NCBI RefSeq assembly: GCF_032444005.1
Contig: NC_091285.1
Coordinates: forward strand, 669,848,001 to 669,912,000
Source of the DNA: Ranitomeya imitator
Lineage: Eukaryota
Direction of reading: 5' to 3'
DNA: 64,000 nt
Notes under the pieces: generated by a model
The model's input: only the letters and a program-made list of their open reading frames with translations
What the model was told of the DNA's origin: nothing
The model's database searches: none
In this document: positions 60,940 through 64,000 of the stretch, piece by piece
Position numbering within the stretch: the stretch's first letter is position 1
Layout: each line of letters begins with the position of its first letter
Made by a program: the position numbers and the translations under genes

Positions 60940-63900
60940 TTGCTGGTAGACCTGGAGAAACTTTCAATATGAGGAATCTGCTGCTGCTACCCCAGAGGAA
61001 GCATACATAGAAGAGGGCAATTGATGACGCTGAGTGTATCCAACAAAAAATGGAGATACTCCGGAATACTCCCCAATGTGGTTGTTGTAGGAAAACTCTG
61101 CCCAACATACTGACTGGCAGATACAAAGTGGCGTAGGTAGTTCTTAAGAACCTTGTTGACCTGTTCCACTCGCACTTTTGTCTGAACGTGGTACATGGAG
61201 TGCAAATCCAGCTGAATATTCAGCACCTTGAAAAAAGCTCTAGAAAACATAGAGCTTTAATGTCTATTGTCTGTACAAGTCCTCTTTAAAATGTACAGTG
61301 CTGCGGAATATATCGGCGTTATAGAAATAAAATTATTATTATTAGATGTAAACTGAACTCGATCAGAGGCAATATGGAGATGAAGATCATGGAGACGAAA
61401 CACATGCTAAACGAACTGCGTGTCGAGCGTAGGAAAGACCAACCAGAAGAATGAAGTAAACCATCTTGGAGAACTTGTCTACTACAACTCAGGTGGGGTT
61501 GTAACCCTCAGAGAGTGGCAGGTTCGTGATGAAATCCATGGCTATGATTTTCCAGGGGGCGGAAGGAGCCAGCGTAGGCTGAAGGAGACCAGCAGGCTTC
61601 TTCCTGGGAGACTAGTTTTTGGAGCATAGTGGACAAGCGATTACAAAATCCCAAACATCCTCTTGTTCGGTGAAGGCCACCAGAAGCAGCAAGCAATCAG
61701 CTTAGTGGACTTTCATATGCCCACATGTCCGTCCAGCTTGGATTTGTTTCCCCAGGAGAGAATTCTGCTCTTCCTAACAGTAGGCACAAATGTATTAAAT
61801 GGAGGGATGTCTTTTAACTGACCAGGAGCTGCTTCAACTATCCTAGCTGGGTTAATGATGTGCTGTGCTTCCTCTTCTGAATCAGATACATCAAAGCATC
61901 AAGATAAGGCATCCGTTTTAATATTTTTCTCAACAGGAAAGAAGTGCAATTCAAAGTCAAAGCGGGGGTGGGGGTAAGAAGAGAGCTCACCATGTCTGAC
62001 AGGAATTTAACCATTGTGTGGTCTGCAGAAAAGTTATAATCTTATGGTGCATGTATATTATTACACAGATTCTGTCAAATAGTTCAGAAAACATAGGCAG
62101 GGGTTACTTGGTCTGTATCGTGATCTTGTTAAGACCACAATAGTCAATACAGGGATGTAGGAAACCATCCTGCTTTGTCACAAAGAAGAAGCCAGCACAG
62201 GCAGGAGAAGAGGACTCACGGATGAATCCCTTGGCTAAGTTCTCTTGGATGTACTCTGACATGGCCTGAGTATCTGATATAGATAAAGGATACACCCGAC
62301 CCAAGGGTGGAGAGATGCCATACTGAATATCAATGGGACAATCGTAAGGACTATGAGATGGTAAGGCCTCTACCTTCTCACAAAAGACATCTGCAAAGGC
62401 TCGATTATTGGTGCACAGAGAAGAAAGGTTCAAAGGCACAGAAGGCAGAGACTTGGTCAAGACCTTGACAAGGCAGTTGGAATCACACAACGATCCCCAC
62501 TGAAGCACTTGACCAGTGGACCAGTCAACAACTGGCATGTGTAAATAAAATCCTTTCAGAATGCAGAACTCCAATCTTCAACTGGCAGGGTGGTAGGTTC
62601 CACCAAGAGTTGTCCATCAACTGGAGCAATAGAGAGGGGATGATCTAGCTGTTGTGTAGGAAGCTGAAGTTGATGAACCAGATCCTGATGGATGAAGTTG
62701 GCAGCGGAACCGGAGTCCAAATGAGCTGCCGCAGAGAGAAGCCTCTTTCACCAGACCATGGTTACCTTGGTCAATAGTTTTGGAGAGCAAAAGTTCTCAC
62801 CTAGGGTCATCTCTCTAGCCAATCCTAGGTGCTGGAGTTTCCCAGCCTCATTAATGCCCTTTGTCTCCACAGTAGATGCACTTGCTATCTCAATGTTATC
62901 TCAATCTCAATCTGCATCGGTTCTATAGCAGGAGGTGTGGCTTGCAGCTACAAAGGATACTGGAAGGTTGGTGCCAGCCTGGTTGGTCTTTTGATACCAT
63001 GGATAATTGAACTTGTTAGGCTAGTTTCACACTTTTGCTGAGTTGCGGAGGGCTGCGGACTTCCTCCGTGAAGCCCCACCCACGGCCGCACCTCCGCCGC
63101 ACAGCTCCGCCTACATCCGCATGCGGCCTGCGTACCTATCTTTAACATTAGGTATGCAGGTCGTGGGGATCTATGCGGAAGCCTCCACATGCATCGTTTT
63201 GACGATGCGGCGACCCGCGTCGAACACAGCTGGTTGTAATTTCTTTTTTTCTCTGCATCATCAAAACGACGCATGCGGAGACATCCGCATACATCCGTAC
63301 GAACTGCGTACCTAATGTTAAAGATAGGTACGCAGGCCGCATGCGGAGCTGAGCGGTGGAGGTGCGGCTGTGGGCGGAGCTTCACGGAGGAAGTCCGCAG
63401 CCCTCTGCAGCTCAGCAAAACGCTAGTGTGAAACTAGCCTAAGATATACATCTCATGGAAACGGATATCATACTTTTTAGCTAGGTGTATAAGGGCATCC
63501 AGATAACATGGTAGATTTCTTCCAACCAATTCATCCTCAATATGATGAGCCAGAGCCAGCTAGTGGTTCGCTACTAGGGTTTCTTCATTCCAAGCCATCT
63601 CTGCAGACAGGGTCCAGAAGCATAAAGCAAACTGAGCCATGATGTCCGTGCCCTGTATCAGAGTCAAAAGGGACGAGGCGGCTGAGGAGGTGCGGCCTGG
63701 TACATCAAATATCTCCAGGAACTTTCCTAAATCGCGGGTCTCAGGACGTCAATGTTCCCAAATGGGGTTTGCTTGTCCAGATCTTGTATAGGCCAAAGAG
63801 AAAAGATGGGCATGGGGCGTGACGTGGCACAGGTTTATAAAATCAGGGCTCTTCATGGGGTCTCCATAGTAGCGGGACGGTAGTGAAAGCTGGAGCTTAG

Positions 63901-64000
63901 CTGCACCACCTGAAACTGGATTATTTGACTGTTTCCCTGGAGAGGCTGCCAATCCTGAGGAAGGATGGCCAGACATGGTGAGGAGCAGAGTGAAAACTGA
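60940..64000 (-). mobile_element. Degenerate Ty3/Gypsy element (gag, protease, RT start, integrase fragments)
   Basis: Protease LDSGSAANF (~62700); RT GRVYPLS..ENLAKGFIRESSSP..GFFFV..CIDY (62104-62400); integrase [23 protein letters not shown] (~61450-61580); stops and deletions. Confidence 0.88.
63019..63439. mobile_element. Harbinger-type MITE, palindromic over most of its length, nested in the Gypsy remnant
   Basis: TIR GGCTAGTTTCACAC...GTGTGAAACTAGCC; flanks TTA / TAA; the arms pair internally. Confidence 0.88.

Overview
Eukaryotic, repeat-rich vertebrate DNA. The gene order, intron structure and repeat families point to an anuran amphibian; a poison-frog-like (hyloid) genome is my inference. 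Three intact spliced genes were assembled by hand from exons with GT-AG boundaries and consistent phase. (1) get3/asna1, minus strand, 7 coding exons, 342 aa. (2) trir/C19orf43, plus strand, 3 exons, 156 aa, head-to-head with get3 across a CCAAT-rich bidirectional promoter. (3) An RNF11-like RING-H2 gene, minus strand, 3 exons, 154 aa, probably the ohnolog that mammals lack at this locus. The rest of the window is minisatellite/satellite arrays (19-86 bp units, several filling whole introns), chromoviral Ty3/Gypsy pieces, solo LTRs, Tc1/mariner, hAT, Harbinger- and T2-type MITEs and a V-SINE, often nested. The most unusual item is a decayed LTR element with a tRNA-Ser(CGA) primer site whose first ORF ends in a cold-shock domain. 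Almost all long ORFs in the supplied track are tandem-repeat artefacts. There is no CRISPR array, rRNA or free-standing tRNA gene. All coordinates were counted by eye; array and fragment edges are approximate.
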